Assembly (NCBI GenBank): GCA_963828255.1
Contig: CAWHDZ010000015.1
Location: 160,001-224,000, forward strand
Direction of reading: 5' to 3'
DNA length: 64,000 nt
Source: an uncultured delta proteobacterium
GTDB taxonomy: Bacteria > Myxococcota > Myxococcia > Myxococcales > Anaeromyxobacteraceae
Shown: positions 52,264 to 62,213 of the stretch, in pieces
Layout of the letters: the number at the start of each line of letters is the position of its first letter
Position numbering within the stretch: position 1 is the first letter of the stretch
The notes under the pieces: model-generated
The model's input: the letters and a program-made list of their open reading frames with translations, nothing else
What the model was told of the DNA's origin: nothing
Databases searched by the model: none
Program-made: the position numbers and the translations under genes

Positions 52264-54102
52264 TTGCGCACCTACCTCCGCCTCCTCGCCTACGCCGCAC
52301 CGTACCGCTGGCGCTTCCTCGCCGCCTTCGGGTGCATGGCGGTCCTCGCGCTCGCCACGGCCATGTACGTGAACCTGCTCGGGCCGGTGCTCGAGTTCCT
52401 CTTCACCGGGCAGGTCGGGGCCATGGGGGCCCTGGCCCGGCTGCTCCCCGGCGACTCCGCCCTGGCGGGGTGGGCCCAGGGGGTGGACCGCTCGCAGGCC
52501 CTGCGGGCGCTGCCCGGGGTGGTCATCACCGTGGCGCTGGTGAAGGGGGTGGCCTTCTTCGGCCAGGGCTACCTCATGGGCACCACCAGCCAGCGGATCA
52601 TCGCCGACCTGCGCCTGGCGCTCTTCGACCACCTGCTCCGGCTCTCCCCCTCCTTCTACGCCCGCCGCCACTCCGGTGACCTGCTCTCCCGCGTGGGCAA
52701 CGACGTGCAGGCCGTGGAGGCCGCGGTCTCCACCGCCATCGCCAGCTACCTGCGGGACGGGCTCACCGTGCTGGTGATGCTCGTGAACTGCTTCCTCATC
52801 GACTGGAAGCTCTCGCTCGTCACCTTCGTCGCCATCCCCATCACCATCCTCCCGGTGGTGCGCATCGCGAGGAGGCTGAAGAAGGTCACGGTCCAGTCCC
52901 AGTCCACGCTGGGCAAGATCTCCGAGCTGGTCCAGGAGAGCCTCTCCGGGATCCGGGTGGTCCAGGCCTACGGCATGGAGGGCTGGGAGTCGTCCCGCTT
53001 CCGGGAGGAGAACGAGCGCTGGCTCCGTTACATGCGGCGCAGCGTCGCCGTGCGCGCCTTCTCCTCGCCGCTCATGGAGGTGATGGCCGCGGTGGGCATC
53101 GGCATCGCCATCTGGTGGGTGGGGGAGGGCATCGTCTCGGGGGCGCTGCCGGCCGGGAAGTTCTTCTCCTTCGTGACCGCCATCCTCCTGCTCTACACGC
53201 CGGTGAAGTCGCTCGGCAAGGTGGGGCAGGTGGCCATGGTGGGAGCCGCGGCTGGCGAGCGGATCTTCGAGATCCTCGACGCCCGCACGGACGTCCCCGA
53301 CGACGGCAAGGTGGCGCTCCCGCCGCTGGGCGACGCCATCCGGTACGAGGACGTCACCTTCTCCTACGGCGACCGGCCGGTCCTCCACGGCGTCTCCATC
53401 ACCGTGCGGAAGGGGGAGGTGGTGGCGCTGGTGGGCAGCTCCGGCGGAGGAAAGACCACCGTGGCCAACCTCCTGCCCCGCTTCTGGGACGTCACCGGCG
53501 GTCGCATCACCATCGACGGCGTGGACGTCCGGCAGGGTACGCTGGCCAGCCTGCGCTCCGGCATCGCGCTGGTCACCCAGGAGACCGTGCTCTTCAACAC
53601 CTCGGTCCGCTCCAACATCGCCTACGGGCGCCCCGACATCCCGCTCGCCGAGGTGGAGCGCGCCGCGCGAATGGCCCACGCCGAGGAGTTCATCCTCGCG
53701 CTGCCCCAGGGCTACGACACCGTGGTGGGGGAGCGGGGCGTCATGCTCTCCGGCGGGCAGCGGCAGCGCATCGCCATCGCCCGGGCCTTCCTGAAGGACG
53801 CGCCCATCCTGCTCCTCGACGAGGCAACGAGCGCGCTCGATGCCGAGAGCGAGCGGGAGGTCCAGCGGGCGCTGGAGCGGCTCATGGGCATCGGCGAGGG
53901 AGGGCAGGGCGCCCACCGCACCACGCTCGTCATCGCCCACCGGCTCTCCACCATCCGCAACGCCGACCGGATCGTCGTCCTGTCGCAGGGGCGGGTGGCC
54001 GAGGAGGGGCGCCACGAGGAGCTCCTGGCGCGGAGCGGTGAGTACGCCCGTCTCTACCGGATCTACGAGGGCGGAGTGGCCGCCGAGGCGCCGGCCGGAT
54101 GA
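52264..54102 (+). CDS. msbA: Lipid A flippase-type ABC transporter (permease + ATPase)
   Basis: TM domain; GSSGGGKT, LSGGQRQR, LLDEATS; in LPS cluster. Confidence 0.85.
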   Translation: MRTYLRLLAYAAPYRWRFLAAFGCMAVLALATAMYVNLLGPVLEFLFTGQVGAMGALARLLPGDSALAGWAQGVDRSQALRALPGVVITVALVKGVAFFGQGYLMGTTSQRIIADLRLALFDHLLRLSPSFYARRHSGDLLSRVGNDVQAVEAAVSTAIASYLRDGLTVLVMLVNCFLIDWKLSLVTFVAIPITILPVVRIARRLKKVTVQSQSTLGKISELVQESLSGIRVVQAYGMEGWESSRFREENERWLRYMRRSVAVRAFSSPLMEVMAAVGIGIAIWWVGEGIVSGALPAGKFFSFVTAILLLYTPVKSLGKVGQVAMVGAAAGERIFEILDARTDVPDDGKVALPPLGDAIRYEDVTFSYGDRPVLHGVSITVRKGEVVALVGSSGGGKTTVANLLPRFWDVTGGRITIDGVDVRQGTLASLRSGIALVTQETVLFNTSVRSNIAYGRPDIPLAEVERAARMAHAEEFILALPQGYDTVVGERGVMLSGGQRQRIAIARAFLKDAPILLLDEATSALDAESEREVQRALERLMGIGEGGQGAHRTTLVIAHRLSTIRNADRIVVLSQGRVAEEGRHEELLARSGEYARLYRIYEGGVAAEAPAG

Positions 54103-55166
54103 CCTGGCGGCGGGCCGCCCTGGTGCTCGGTGCGCTGCTCGCCGCCTGGGTGGCCTTCGGGCTCTTCACCCGTTCGCGGCGCGCGCCCAGGCCCCCCCCG
54201 CCCGCCGGCGAGCTGCGGGGCGCCTGGCACGTCCACACCACCCGCAGCGACGGGAGGGGCAGCCTCGACGAGGTCGTGCGCGCGGCCCGGGAGGCGGGGC
54301 TGCAGTTCGTCGTGATCGCCGACCACAACGTCCTCGCGCCGGAGGAGGGCGGCTGGCGCGACGGGGTCCTGGTGGTCCCGGCCACCGAGATCTCGGCTCC
54401 GTACGGCCACGTCGTCGGGACGGCGCTCCCCCGCGCGCTGACGAAGGACGAGCGGCAGAGGGACGCCCTCGGAACCGTGGCGCGCCTGGGCGGCGACGCG
54501 GTGCTGGCCCACCCCTTCCACCCCGGGCGACCCTTCACCCGCTGGGCCCGCGACGACTGGGCCGGCATGGAGGTGGTCTCGAACGACACCTTCTGGGGGC
54601 TCGTGCAGCGGGACCACGCCTGGTGGCGGGCCGGGAAGGCGCTCCTCGTCCTCCCCTGGGATCCGGGGCGCTCGATGCTGGCGTTCTACCAGGACCCGGG
54701 CCGGGAGCTCGACCGCTACGACGCGGCCTCGGCCAGGCGCAAGGTGGCGCTCCTCTGCGCCTCCGACGCCCACGGCTGGCCGACCTACGGGGCCGCCTTC
54801 GAGGCCTTCAGCATGCACGTCCCGGTCGCCCCCACCGGCGACGGACCTGCCGACGTGGACGCCGTGCGGCACGCCCTCCTCGACGGGAACGCATGGTGCA
54901 CGCTCGACGCCGTCGCCCCGGCGAGCGGCGTCCGGCTCTCCGTCTCCCCGGCCGGCGACCGGATCGAGCTCCGCGCCACGGTACCCCCCAAGGCCAAGGT
55001 CGCCTGGCACCTCTTTCGCGACGGAGCCCCGATGGGGACCTTCTCGTCCGCGCCGCCGGGATGGGCGTGGAACTGCGGGGGGCCCTGCCCTCGCGGGGCC
55101 TGGCGGGTGGAGGGGCGCATCGCCGGGGCTCCCTGGATCTTCACCAACCCGGTGCGCGTGGAGTAG
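54099..55166 (+). CDS. Membrane-anchored PHP-domain phosphoesterase
   Basis: N-terminal TM; HVHTTRSDG, ADHN, E..APYGH, AHP, SDAH. Confidence 0.75.
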   Translation: MTWRRAALVLGALLAAWVAFGLFTRSRRAPRPPPPAGELRGAWHVHTTRSDGRGSLDEVVRAAREAGLQFVVIADHNVLAPEEGGWRDGVLVVPATEISAPYGHVVGTALPRALTKDERQRDALGTVARLGGDAVLAHPFHPGRPFTRWARDDWAGMEVVSNDTFWGLVQRDHAWWRAGKALLVLPWDPGRSMLAFYQDPGRELDRYDAASARRKVALLCASDAHGWPTYGAAFEAFSMHVPVAPTGDGPADVDAVRHALLDGNAWCTLDAVAPASGVRLSVSPAGDRIELRATVPPKAKVAWHLFRDGAPMGTFSSAPPGWAWNCGGPCPRGAWRVEGRIAGAPWIFTNPVRVE

Positions 55167-55178
55167 GACCGGACGACC

Positions 55179-56459
55179 GTGCACGCCCTCTACGCGATCG
55201 GGAGCTACCTGGCGGCCCTCCTGCTGCTGCCCATGCTGCTCTTCCACCCCAAGCTGCGCCACGGGATCCGGGAGCGGCTCGGTTTCTACCGGTCCCGGGA
55301 GGCCCCGGGGAGGGGATCGCCGCGCATCTGGCTCCACGGCGCCAGCGCCGGCGACCTGCTCTCGCTCCAGCCCATGATGCGCGAGCTGAAGGAACGCGTC
55401 CCGGGGTGCTGCCTGGTCGTCACCACCATCACCAACAGCGGCCTGGAGATGGCCCGGGCCAAGATCCGCGAGGCCGACGTCGTCGTCTACGCCCCGTACG
55501 ATCTCCCGGGAGCGACCCGCCGGGCCATGGCCACGCTGCGCCCCGACCTGCTCGTGCTCGAGTACACCGAGATCTGGCCCAACCTCATCCGGGCTGCGCG
55601 CAAGGCCGGGGTTCGCATCGCGCTCACCAACGGCCGGTTCGCGCCCGAGAAGCTCTCCCGGTACCGGACCTTCTTCCGCGTGGTCGGCAAGCCGCTGCGC
55701 TCCATCACGCTCTTCCTCATGCGCTCCGACGAGGAGGCCGAGCGGGCGCTGCAGCTCGGCGCCCCGCCCGACCGGGTCTGGGTCACCGGCAACACCAAGT
55801 TCGACGCGCTGGTGCTCGACCGCCCCCGCGGCGACGACGAGGCGCTCCGCGCCGCCCTCGCGCTCGATCCCGGCCGGCCGGTCTTCATCGCCGGGTCCAC
55901 GCACGACGGGGAGGAGGAGCTCCTCGTGGAGGTCTACCGGAAGCTCACGGCCGACTTTCCGGGGCTCCAGATGGTGGTGGCGCCGCGCTATGTGGAGCGG
56001 GCCGGGAAGATCGTCTCCATCGCCCAGGAGGCCGGGCTCACGGCCCGCCTGCGCAGCGCCGGGGCCCCGGGAGGACCGGCCCAGGTCGTCGTGCTGGACA
56101 CCATCGGCGAGCTGGCCGCCGCCTACCGGCTGGCGACGCTGGCCTTCGTGGGGGGCAGCTTCGTCCGCCGCGGGGGGCAGAACGTGCTGGAGCCGGCCGG
56201 GCAGGGGAAGCCGGTCCTCTTCGGGCCGCACATGCAGAGCTTCAAGGACAGCGTGCAGGTGCTGGTGGGGCGCGGCGGCCTCCAGGTGGCGACGCCCGAG
56301 CAACTCCTCAAGGTGGCCCGCGAGCTCCTCTCCCGCCCCGACGAGATCCTGCGGCTCGGCGCCATGGCGCGCGAGGCGGTGGGCGCGGTGCGGGGGGCCA
56401 GCGCGCGAAACGTGGACCACATGCTGCGGGCGATCCCCCGGCCGAAGGGGGCGCAGTGA
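55179..56459 (+). CDS. waaA: Kdo transferase
   Basis: IWLHGASAG, PYD, TEIWPN, TGNTKFD, AGSTH.GEE, DTIGEL, GGQNVLEPA. Confidence 0.92.
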   Translation: MHALYAIGSYLAALLLLPMLLFHPKLRHGIRERLGFYRSREAPGRGSPRIWLHGASAGDLLSLQPMMRELKERVPGCCLVVTTITNSGLEMARAKIREADVVVYAPYDLPGATRRAMATLRPDLLVLEYTEIWPNLIRAARKAGVRIALTNGRFAPEKLSRYRTFFRVVGKPLRSITLFLMRSDEEAERALQLGAPPDRVWVTGNTKFDALVLDRPRGDDEALRAALALDPGRPVFIAGSTHDGEEELLVEVYRKLTADFPGLQMVVAPRYVERAGKIVSIAQEAGLTARLRSAGAPGGPAQVVVLDTIGELAAAYRLATLAFVGGSFVRRGGQNVLEPAGQGKPVLFGPHMQSFKDSVQVLVGRGGLQVATPEQLLKVARELLSRPDEILRLGAMAREAVGAVRGASARNVDHMLRAIPRPKGAQ

Positions 56460-57571
56460 GCGCGGCGGGTGGAGCCGGCCTGCGGGAGCGGCTCTGGTGG
56501 AGCCGGCACCCGTCGGCGGGCGATCGGCTGCTCGGGGCGCCGCTCCTCCTCGCCGAGGGGCTCTTCCGGGCTGGAGCGGCTGCCCGGGGCGCGCTCCACG
56601 ACGCCGGGGTCCTGTCCTCCACGCAGGCCACGGTGCCGGTGATCTCGGTGGGCAACCTGGCCGTGGGCGGCGCCGGCAAGACCCCGGTGGCGCTGGCCAT
56701 CGCCGGGAGGCTCCTCGGGGCCGGGCGCAGGCCCGCGGTGCTCTCGCGCGGCTACGGTGCGACCCGTGGCGATGACCGGGTCGTGTCGGACGGGGAGCGG
56801 GTGCTGCTCGACGCCGCTGCCGGAGGGGACGAGCCGGTCCTGCTGGCGCGGAGGCTGCCGGGGCTCCGGGTGCTGTGCGGGCCGGATTGGGCGCGCCTCG
56901 CGCCGGTCGCCGTGGCGGCGGGCGCGGACGTGCTCCTGCTCGACGACGGATTCCAGCACAGGCGGCTGCGCCGCGACCTCGACGTGGTGGTCCTCGACGC
57001 CTCGAACCCCTGGGGGAACGGCCACTGCCTGCCGTTCGGACCGAACCGGGAGCCCCGGTCGGCGCTCTCCCGGGCGGGGCTCGTCTGGCTGACCCACACC
57101 GACCGGGCCGGGGCCGGGGAGGTCGATGCGCTCCGGGAGCTCGCCGGGCACTTCACCGGGAGTGATCCAGTCGAGTCGCGCCACGCCGCCAGGGACCTGG
57201 CGAATGGAAGGCTGGAGGGGAGCATCCCGGTCTCGGACCTCTCGGGGCGGCGGGTGGGCCTGCTCACGGGGGTCGCAAGGCCGGAGAGCGTGCGGAGGAC
57301 GGTGGAGGGGCTGGGAGCGAAGGTCGTGGGGTCGCATTCGTATCCGGACCATCATCGGTTCACGGAATGGGAAGTGGTTGCCGCGCTGGATGCGGTGCGG
57401 AGGGAAGGGGGGGAGTGGCTGGTGACGACCGAGAAGGATGCGGTGAGGCTGCCGGAGGCGGTGGCGGGGGACCCACGGATCTTCGCGGTGCGGATCGACG
57501 CGGAGGTGCTGCGGGGAGAGGAAGTGCTCGGTGCGGCGCTCCGCGCCGCACTTGAAGGGACCCTCCGATGA
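56456..57571 (+). CDS. lpxK: Tetraacyldisaccharide 4'-kinase
   Basis: ISVGNLAVGGAGKTP, SRGYG, GDEP, LDDGFQH, PDHH, TTEKDAV. Confidence 0.93.
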   Translation: MSAAGGAGLRERLWWSRHPSAGDRLLGAPLLLAEGLFRAGAAARGALHDAGVLSSTQATVPVISVGNLAVGGAGKTPVALAIAGRLLGAGRRPAVLSRGYGATRGDDRVVSDGERVLLDAAAGGDEPVLLARRLPGLRVLCGPDWARLAPVAVAAGADVLLLDDGFQHRRLRRDLDVVVLDASNPWGNGHCLPFGPNREPRSALSRAGLVWLTHTDRAGAGEVDALRELAGHFTGSDPVESRHAARDLANGRLEGSIPVSDLSGRRVGLLTGVARPESVRRTVEGLGAKVVGSHSYPDHHRFTEWEVVAALDAVRREGGEWLVTTEKDAVRLPEAVAGDPRIFAVRIDAEVLRGEEVLGAALRAALEGTLR

Positions 57572-58452
57572 GGCGCTTCCTGGTCGGGATGGGCCGTGGG
57601 CTGGGCTGGCTGCTCTGGACCCTCCACGTCCGCCGCGGCGTGATCATGGACAACCTGCGGCTCGCCTTCCCGGAGTGGACCGAGGCGAAGCGCCGTGAGG
57701 TGGGGAAGCGGACCTTCGTCAACATCGGGCAGATGGCCCTCGAGTTCCTGCTGGTCACGAAGATGACCCCGGCCGAGCTCGACCGGCTGTACGTCTACGA
57801 CCCGCACATGAAGGAGGTCGCGCTCGCTGCGCTCCGGTCCGGCCGGCCGGTGGTGGTCTGCACGGCGCACTTCGGCAATTTCGAGAATCTGGCTGCGGTG
57901 CACAACATGCAGGGTTACCGCATCGCCATGGTCGTGCGCCGGATGGGGGCGGGCTGGTTCGGCCGGTTCTGGAACCGGGGCCGCTCCAGGGCCGGTCTCG
58001 AAGTTCTCGAGGTCACCCGCGGCGAGACGCTCAAGGCCGCCCAGCGGGCCATGCGCCAGGGCAAGGTCCTCGGCTACGTGATCGACCAGAACATGCCCGG
58101 TCACCGGGCCATCTTCCCCACCTTCTTCGGGGTGCCCGCGGCGACAGCTCCGACGCCCGCGTACCTGGCCATGCGCAGCAACGCCATCGTCCTCTTCATG
58201 CTCGACGTTCCCCTCGCTGACGGGCGCCACCAGATCGTCATGGAGGGGCCGCTCGTGCCCCCCGACACCGGCGACCGCGAGGCCGACGTCCTCGCCTTCG
58301 CCCAGGACCTGAACGACCGGCTGGAGCGCTGGGTCCGGCTCTACCCCGACCGCTGGTACTGGCTCCACCGCAGGTGGAAGACGCGCCCTCCCGCGGACGG
58401 GGGCAGGAAGCGGAAGGCCCGGCGAATTGACCCCACCGAGGGCGCGGAGTAG
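57568..58452 (+). CDS. Lipid A late acyltransferase (LpxL/HtrB family)
   Basis: NLRLAFPE, TAHFGNFE, DQ, FFG, WYWLHRRWK. Confidence 0.88.
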   Translation: MRRFLVGMGRGLGWLLWTLHVRRGVIMDNLRLAFPEWTEAKRREVGKRTFVNIGQMALEFLLVTKMTPAELDRLYVYDPHMKEVALAALRSGRPVVVCTAHFGNFENLAAVHNMQGYRIAMVVRRMGAGWFGRFWNRGRSRAGLEVLEVTRGETLKAAQRAMRQGKVLGYVIDQNMPGHRAIFPTFFGVPAATAPTPAYLAMRSNAIVLFMLDVPLADGRHQIVMEGPLVPPDTGDREADVLAFAQDLNDRLERWVRLYPDRWYWLHRRWKTRPPADGGRKRKARRIDPTEGAE

Positions 58453-58460
58453 ACACGGCC

Positions 58461-59471
58461 ATGGTCCGGAGGAAGCCGCCCCACCTCGCGCCGCTCGCCC
58501 CGCTCCTCCAGAAGTTCTTGAAGAGCCGCGTGGTCGTGGTGGGGGATTTCGTCGCCGACGAGTACGTCTACGGCGAGACCGAGCGCATCAGCCGCGAGGC
58601 CCCGGTCCTCATCGTGCGCTTCGAGCGGAGCGAGCTCGCGCCCGGGGGGGCGGGCAACGCGGCCCAGAACCTGGCCTCGCTCGGCGTGGAGGTCAGGGCC
58701 GTGGGGCTGGTCGGCCACGACGCCCTCGGCTCGAGGCTCCTCGGGGTCCTGCGCGCCGGCTCGGTGGACGTGAAGGGAGTGCAGCGGGTGCGCGGGCGGG
58801 CCACCGAGGCCAAGACCCGCATCCTGGCGGGCGGGCGGTCCACGCGCCGCCAGCAGATGCTCCGGGTGGACCGCACCCCCGAGCCCGTCCCACCGGCCGT
58901 CGAGCGGCGGCTGATCGACGACCTGCTCCGCGCGGCCCGCGGCGCCACCGCGGTGCTGGCCAGCGACTACGGCTCCGGCGTCCTCTCCCCGCGGGTGATC
59001 GAGGCGCTCCGCACCCTCCGGCGCCGCGGCATCCCGGTCTGCGTCGACTCCCGCTACGCGCTCAACACGTTCTCCGGCCTCACCATGCTGAAGCCCAACG
59101 AGACGGAGCTGGAGGCGGCCACCGGCATCCGCGCCTCCACGCCGGCGGGGCTGGCCCGCGCCGCCCGATCGCTGCAGCGGCGCCTGGGCTGCCAGAGCCT
59201 CCTCGTGACCCGCGGCCGCAACGGGATGTCGCTCTTCGAGAGCGGGAGCCCGCCCCTTCACCTCGACGCCCACGGCGACAAGGACGCGGTGGACGTCACC
59301 GGTGCCGGCGACACCGTGGCGGCCACCTACGCTGCCGCCATCGCCTCCGGCGCGAGCGCCGCGGACGCCATGCGGCTCGCCAACGTGGCGGCGTCGATCG
59401 TCGTCCAGAAGGCCGGCACGGCCACGGTGGACCGGGGCGAGATCCTCCGCGAGCTCCTGGGAGCCCCATGA
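58461..59471 (+). CDS. rfaE1: Heptose-7-phosphate kinase (HldE domain I)
   Basis: GDFVADEY..G...RISREAPV, GGAGN, SDYG, KPNE.E, DVTGAGDTV. Confidence 0.85.
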   Translation: MVRRKPPHLAPLAPLLQKFLKSRVVVVGDFVADEYVYGETERISREAPVLIVRFERSELAPGGAGNAAQNLASLGVEVRAVGLVGHDALGSRLLGVLRAGSVDVKGVQRVRGRATEAKTRILAGGRSTRRQQMLRVDRTPEPVPPAVERRLIDDLLRAARGATAVLASDYGSGVLSPRVIEALRTLRRRGIPVCVDSRYALNTFSGLTMLKPNETELEAATGIRASTPAGLARAARSLQRRLGCQSLLVTRGRNGMSLFESGSPPLHLDAHGDKDAVDVTGAGDTVAATYAAAIASGASAADAMRLANVAASIVVQKAGTATVDRGEILRELLGAP

Positions 59472-59947
59472 GCAGCCGGCTCCGCATCTCCGACCTCCCC
59501 GCGCTGCGCGCACGGACCCGCCGGGCCGGGAAGTCCATCGCGCTCGCCAACGGCATCTTCGACCTCTTCCACGTGGGGCACCTCCGGTATCTCGAGGGGG
59601 CGAAGTCGCTGGCCGACGTGCTGGTGGTGGCCGTGAACAGCGACGCCTCCACCCGGCGCAACAAGGGGCCGGGTCGGCCGGTGGTGCCGGAGGCCGAGCG
59701 GGCAGAGATCGTGGCCGCGCTCTCCTGCGTGGACCACGTGGTCGTCTTCGGCTCGAAGACCGTGATCCCGCTCATCCGCAAGCTGAAGCCGGACTGGCAG
59801 GTGAAGGGCACCGACTACACCCCGGAGACCATCCCGGAGGCGGAGGAGGTCCGGAGGCACGGGGGCAGGGTGGCGGTGGCCGGCGACCCCAAGGACCACT
59901 CCACCACCGAGATGCTGAAGCGGTTCGCCCCGCGGAGCCGGCGTTGA
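59468..59947 (+). CDS. rfaE2: Heptose-1-phosphate adenylyltransferase (HldE domain II)
   Basis: NGIFDLFHVGH.RYL, VNSDAS, KGPGRP, KGTDY, HSTT. Confidence 0.88.
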   Translation: MSSRLRISDLPALRARTRRAGKSIALANGIFDLFHVGHLRYLEGAKSLADVLVVAVNSDASTRRNKGPGRPVVPEAERAEIVAALSCVDHVVVFGSKTVIPLIRKLKPDWQVKGTDYTPETIPEAEEVRRHGGRVAVAGDPKDHSTTEMLKRFAPRSRR

Positions 59948-60864
59948 AGGTCTCGGGCTTCACCTTCGCCCGCAACGCCGTCCGGCTCCGCTATCCACTC
60001 GCCGAGTCGATCCGGTCGGCCCTCCCGCTGGTGGACGAGATGGTGGTCAACGTCGGGCGCTCCGACGACGGCACGCTCGAGCTGGTGCGCGGGATCGACG
60101 ACCCGCGCATCGTGGTGGTCGAATCGGTCTGGGACGAGGAGAGCCTGGTGCGCGGCCGCGTGCTCGCCGAGCAGACCGACTTCGCGCTCGACGCCTGCAC
60201 CGGCGACTCGCTCCTGTACCTCCAGGCCGACGAGGTCCTTCACGAGGACGACCAACCCCGCATCCGGGAGGCACTGCGGCGCATGCACGAGGACCCGGCG
60301 GTGGAGGGGCTGGTCTTCGACTACGTCCACTTCTACGGCTCGTTCCACACCGTGGGGGTGGCCCGTCGCTGGTACCGGCAGGAGGTGCGCGCCTTCAAGG
60401 CCGGCATCGAGGTGCGCTCCTGGAAGGACGCGCAGGGGTTCCGCGTCTGGTCGCCGCCGCCCGGGTTCAAGGGCGAGCGGCCCCGGTCGCTCAAGCCCGG
60501 CGACCCGGCGCGCAAGCTACGGGTGGCGCCCTCGGGCGCACGGGTCTTCCACTACGGGTGGGTGCGCCCCCCCGGGCAGCAGACCGAGAAGCTGGCCGAG
60601 TTCGAGCGGCTCTACGAGGGGGACGAGGCGCGGCGGCGCAGGCTCAGCGAGGGATTCTCCTACGACGTGGAGGAGAAGGTCCGCCCGTTCGCCGGCACCC
60701 ACCCCGCCACCATGGCCGCGCGGGTCGCCTCCGAGGACTGGGTCTTCGAGCCCCGCAGCCGGCGGATCCGCCCCGGTCACCTCCGCGAGGACCTCCTCGA
60801 CCTCTTCGAGGCCGCCACCGGCGTCCGCATCGGCGAGTACCGGAACTTCGAGCTCGTCGGGTGA
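59944..60864 (+). CDS. Glycosyltransferase family 2-like protein
   Basis: TTG start overlapping TGA; VSGFTFARNA, SDDGT, YLQADE, HYGWV. Confidence 0.75.
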   Translation: MKVSGFTFARNAVRLRYPLAESIRSALPLVDEMVVNVGRSDDGTLELVRGIDDPRIVVVESVWDEESLVRGRVLAEQTDFALDACTGDSLLYLQADEVLHEDDQPRIREALRRMHEDPAVEGLVFDYVHFYGSFHTVGVARRWYRQEVRAFKAGIEVRSWKDAQGFRVWSPPPGFKGERPRSLKPGDPARKLRVAPSGARVFHYGWVRPPGQQTEKLAEFERLYEGDEARRRRLSEGFSYDVEEKVRPFAGTHPATMAARVASEDWVFEPRSRRIRPGHLREDLLDLFEAATGVRIGEYRNFELVG

Positions 60865-61976
60865 GGATCCTCGAGCTGCTCTCCTCGCCGGTCTGGACCG
60901 GCCCGGCCGAGCCCATGACCTCGGTGGCCCGCTGGCTCTCCGGTCGCGGGCACCACGTGGAGGTGGAGGTGGACGGCCGCCGGGACGGGGACCTCCGGGA
61001 GCGGCTCGCCGCCGAGGGCTTTCCGCCGCGGATCCTGCTCGCGCTCTCCACCAAGGCCGGCGCCGTGGAGTTCGTCCGGGACCTGGGACGGCTGCGGCGC
61101 GTGGCCCGCGGGTTCGACGTGATCCACGCCAACTTCTCCCACGACCACGTGCTGGCGGTCCTCTCCGTGGCCCGCAAGGCGACGCGGGTGGTGCGCACCG
61201 TCCACTCCTCCCGGTCCCTGGCGGACCGCGGGATGCAGGGGTGGGTCCACCGGCGCACCGACGGTCTCCTGGCCGTCTGCGAGGCCCACGCGGCCATCCT
61301 GCGCGAGCGCTTCCGGATCCCCGCCGAGCGGGTGGGCATCGCCCGCGGCGCCGTGGACACCGGGGCCTTCACCCCCGACGGGCCGGATTTCCGCGCCGAG
61401 CTCTCCATCCCGGCTGGCGCGCCGGTGGCCGGGATCGTCTCGCGGGTGAAGCCGGACCGGCGACACGCCGAGCTCCTCGTGGCCTTCGGGCGGGTCGTGG
61501 CCCGGCTTCCGGAGGCGCGGCTCGTCATCGTGGGTCGAGGGGAGGGGCTCCCCGACCTGCGCGCCCAGGTGGAGCGGAGCGGCCTCGCCGACCGGGTGAT
61601 CTTCGCCGGCTACCGGCGCGGACCGGAACTCGCCGCAGCCTACCGGACCCTCGACGTGAAGGTCCTGCTCGCGGAGGGGAACGACGGCACCTGCCGGGCG
61701 CTCCTCGAGGGGATGGCCAGCGGGCGGCCGGGCGTGGCCTGGGCCTTCGGCGCGCCGGCCGAGAGCATCGTGCACGGGGTGACCGGCCTGCTCGCCCCGC
61801 CGGACGACGTGGCGGCCCTCGGGGACGCCATCGGGGACGTCCTGGCGCGGCCGGACCGTGGTCGGGCCATGGGCGTGGCGGCGCGGGAGCGGATGCGCAC
61901 GGTCTTCACCGAGGAGGCGCGGGGCAGGGCGGTGGAGACCTTCCTGGAGCGCGTGCGCAGGCTGCCTCCGGCGTAG
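60861..61976 (+). CDS. Glycosyltransferase family 4
   Basis: VRTVH, IVGRGE, LLEGMASGRP, GVTGLL. Confidence 0.85.
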   Translation: MRILELLSSPVWTGPAEPMTSVARWLSGRGHHVEVEVDGRRDGDLRERLAAEGFPPRILLALSTKAGAVEFVRDLGRLRRVARGFDVIHANFSHDHVLAVLSVARKATRVVRTVHSSRSLADRGMQGWVHRRTDGLLAVCEAHAAILRERFRIPAERVGIARGAVDTGAFTPDGPDFRAELSIPAGAPVAGIVSRVKPDRRHAELLVAFGRVVARLPEARLVIVGRGEGLPDLRAQVERSGLADRVIFAGYRRGPELAAAYRTLDVKVLLAEGNDGTCRALLEGMASGRPGVAWAFGAPAESIVHGVTGLLAPPDDVAALGDAIGDVLARPDRGRAMGVAARERMRTVFTEEARGRAVETFLERVRRLPPA

Positions 61977-62036
61977 CGGCCCTCCTCGTTGCGGCCCCCC
62001 TCCACCCCGGGGTATGAGGTCCGGACGGAGGTGTCG

Positions 62037-62207
62037 ATGGCGCTCGCGTCCGAGTTGAAGGAGATCCTGGCCTGCCCGAAGTGCAAGGGGGATCTCGAGT
62101 TCCACGAGGACCGGGGCGAGATCCACTGCACCCGCTGCCGGCTCGTCTTCGACATCCGGGACGGGATCCCGGTCATGCTCGTCGAGGAGGCGAGGCCGCT
62201 CCCCTGA
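62037..62207 (+). CDS. Trm112/YcaR-like protein
   Basis: ILACPKCKG...[22 protein letters not shown]. Confidence 0.9.
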   Translation: MALASELKEILACPKCKGDLEFHEDRGEIHCTRCRLVFDIRDGIPVMLVEEARPLP

Positions 62208-62213
62208 CCCCCC

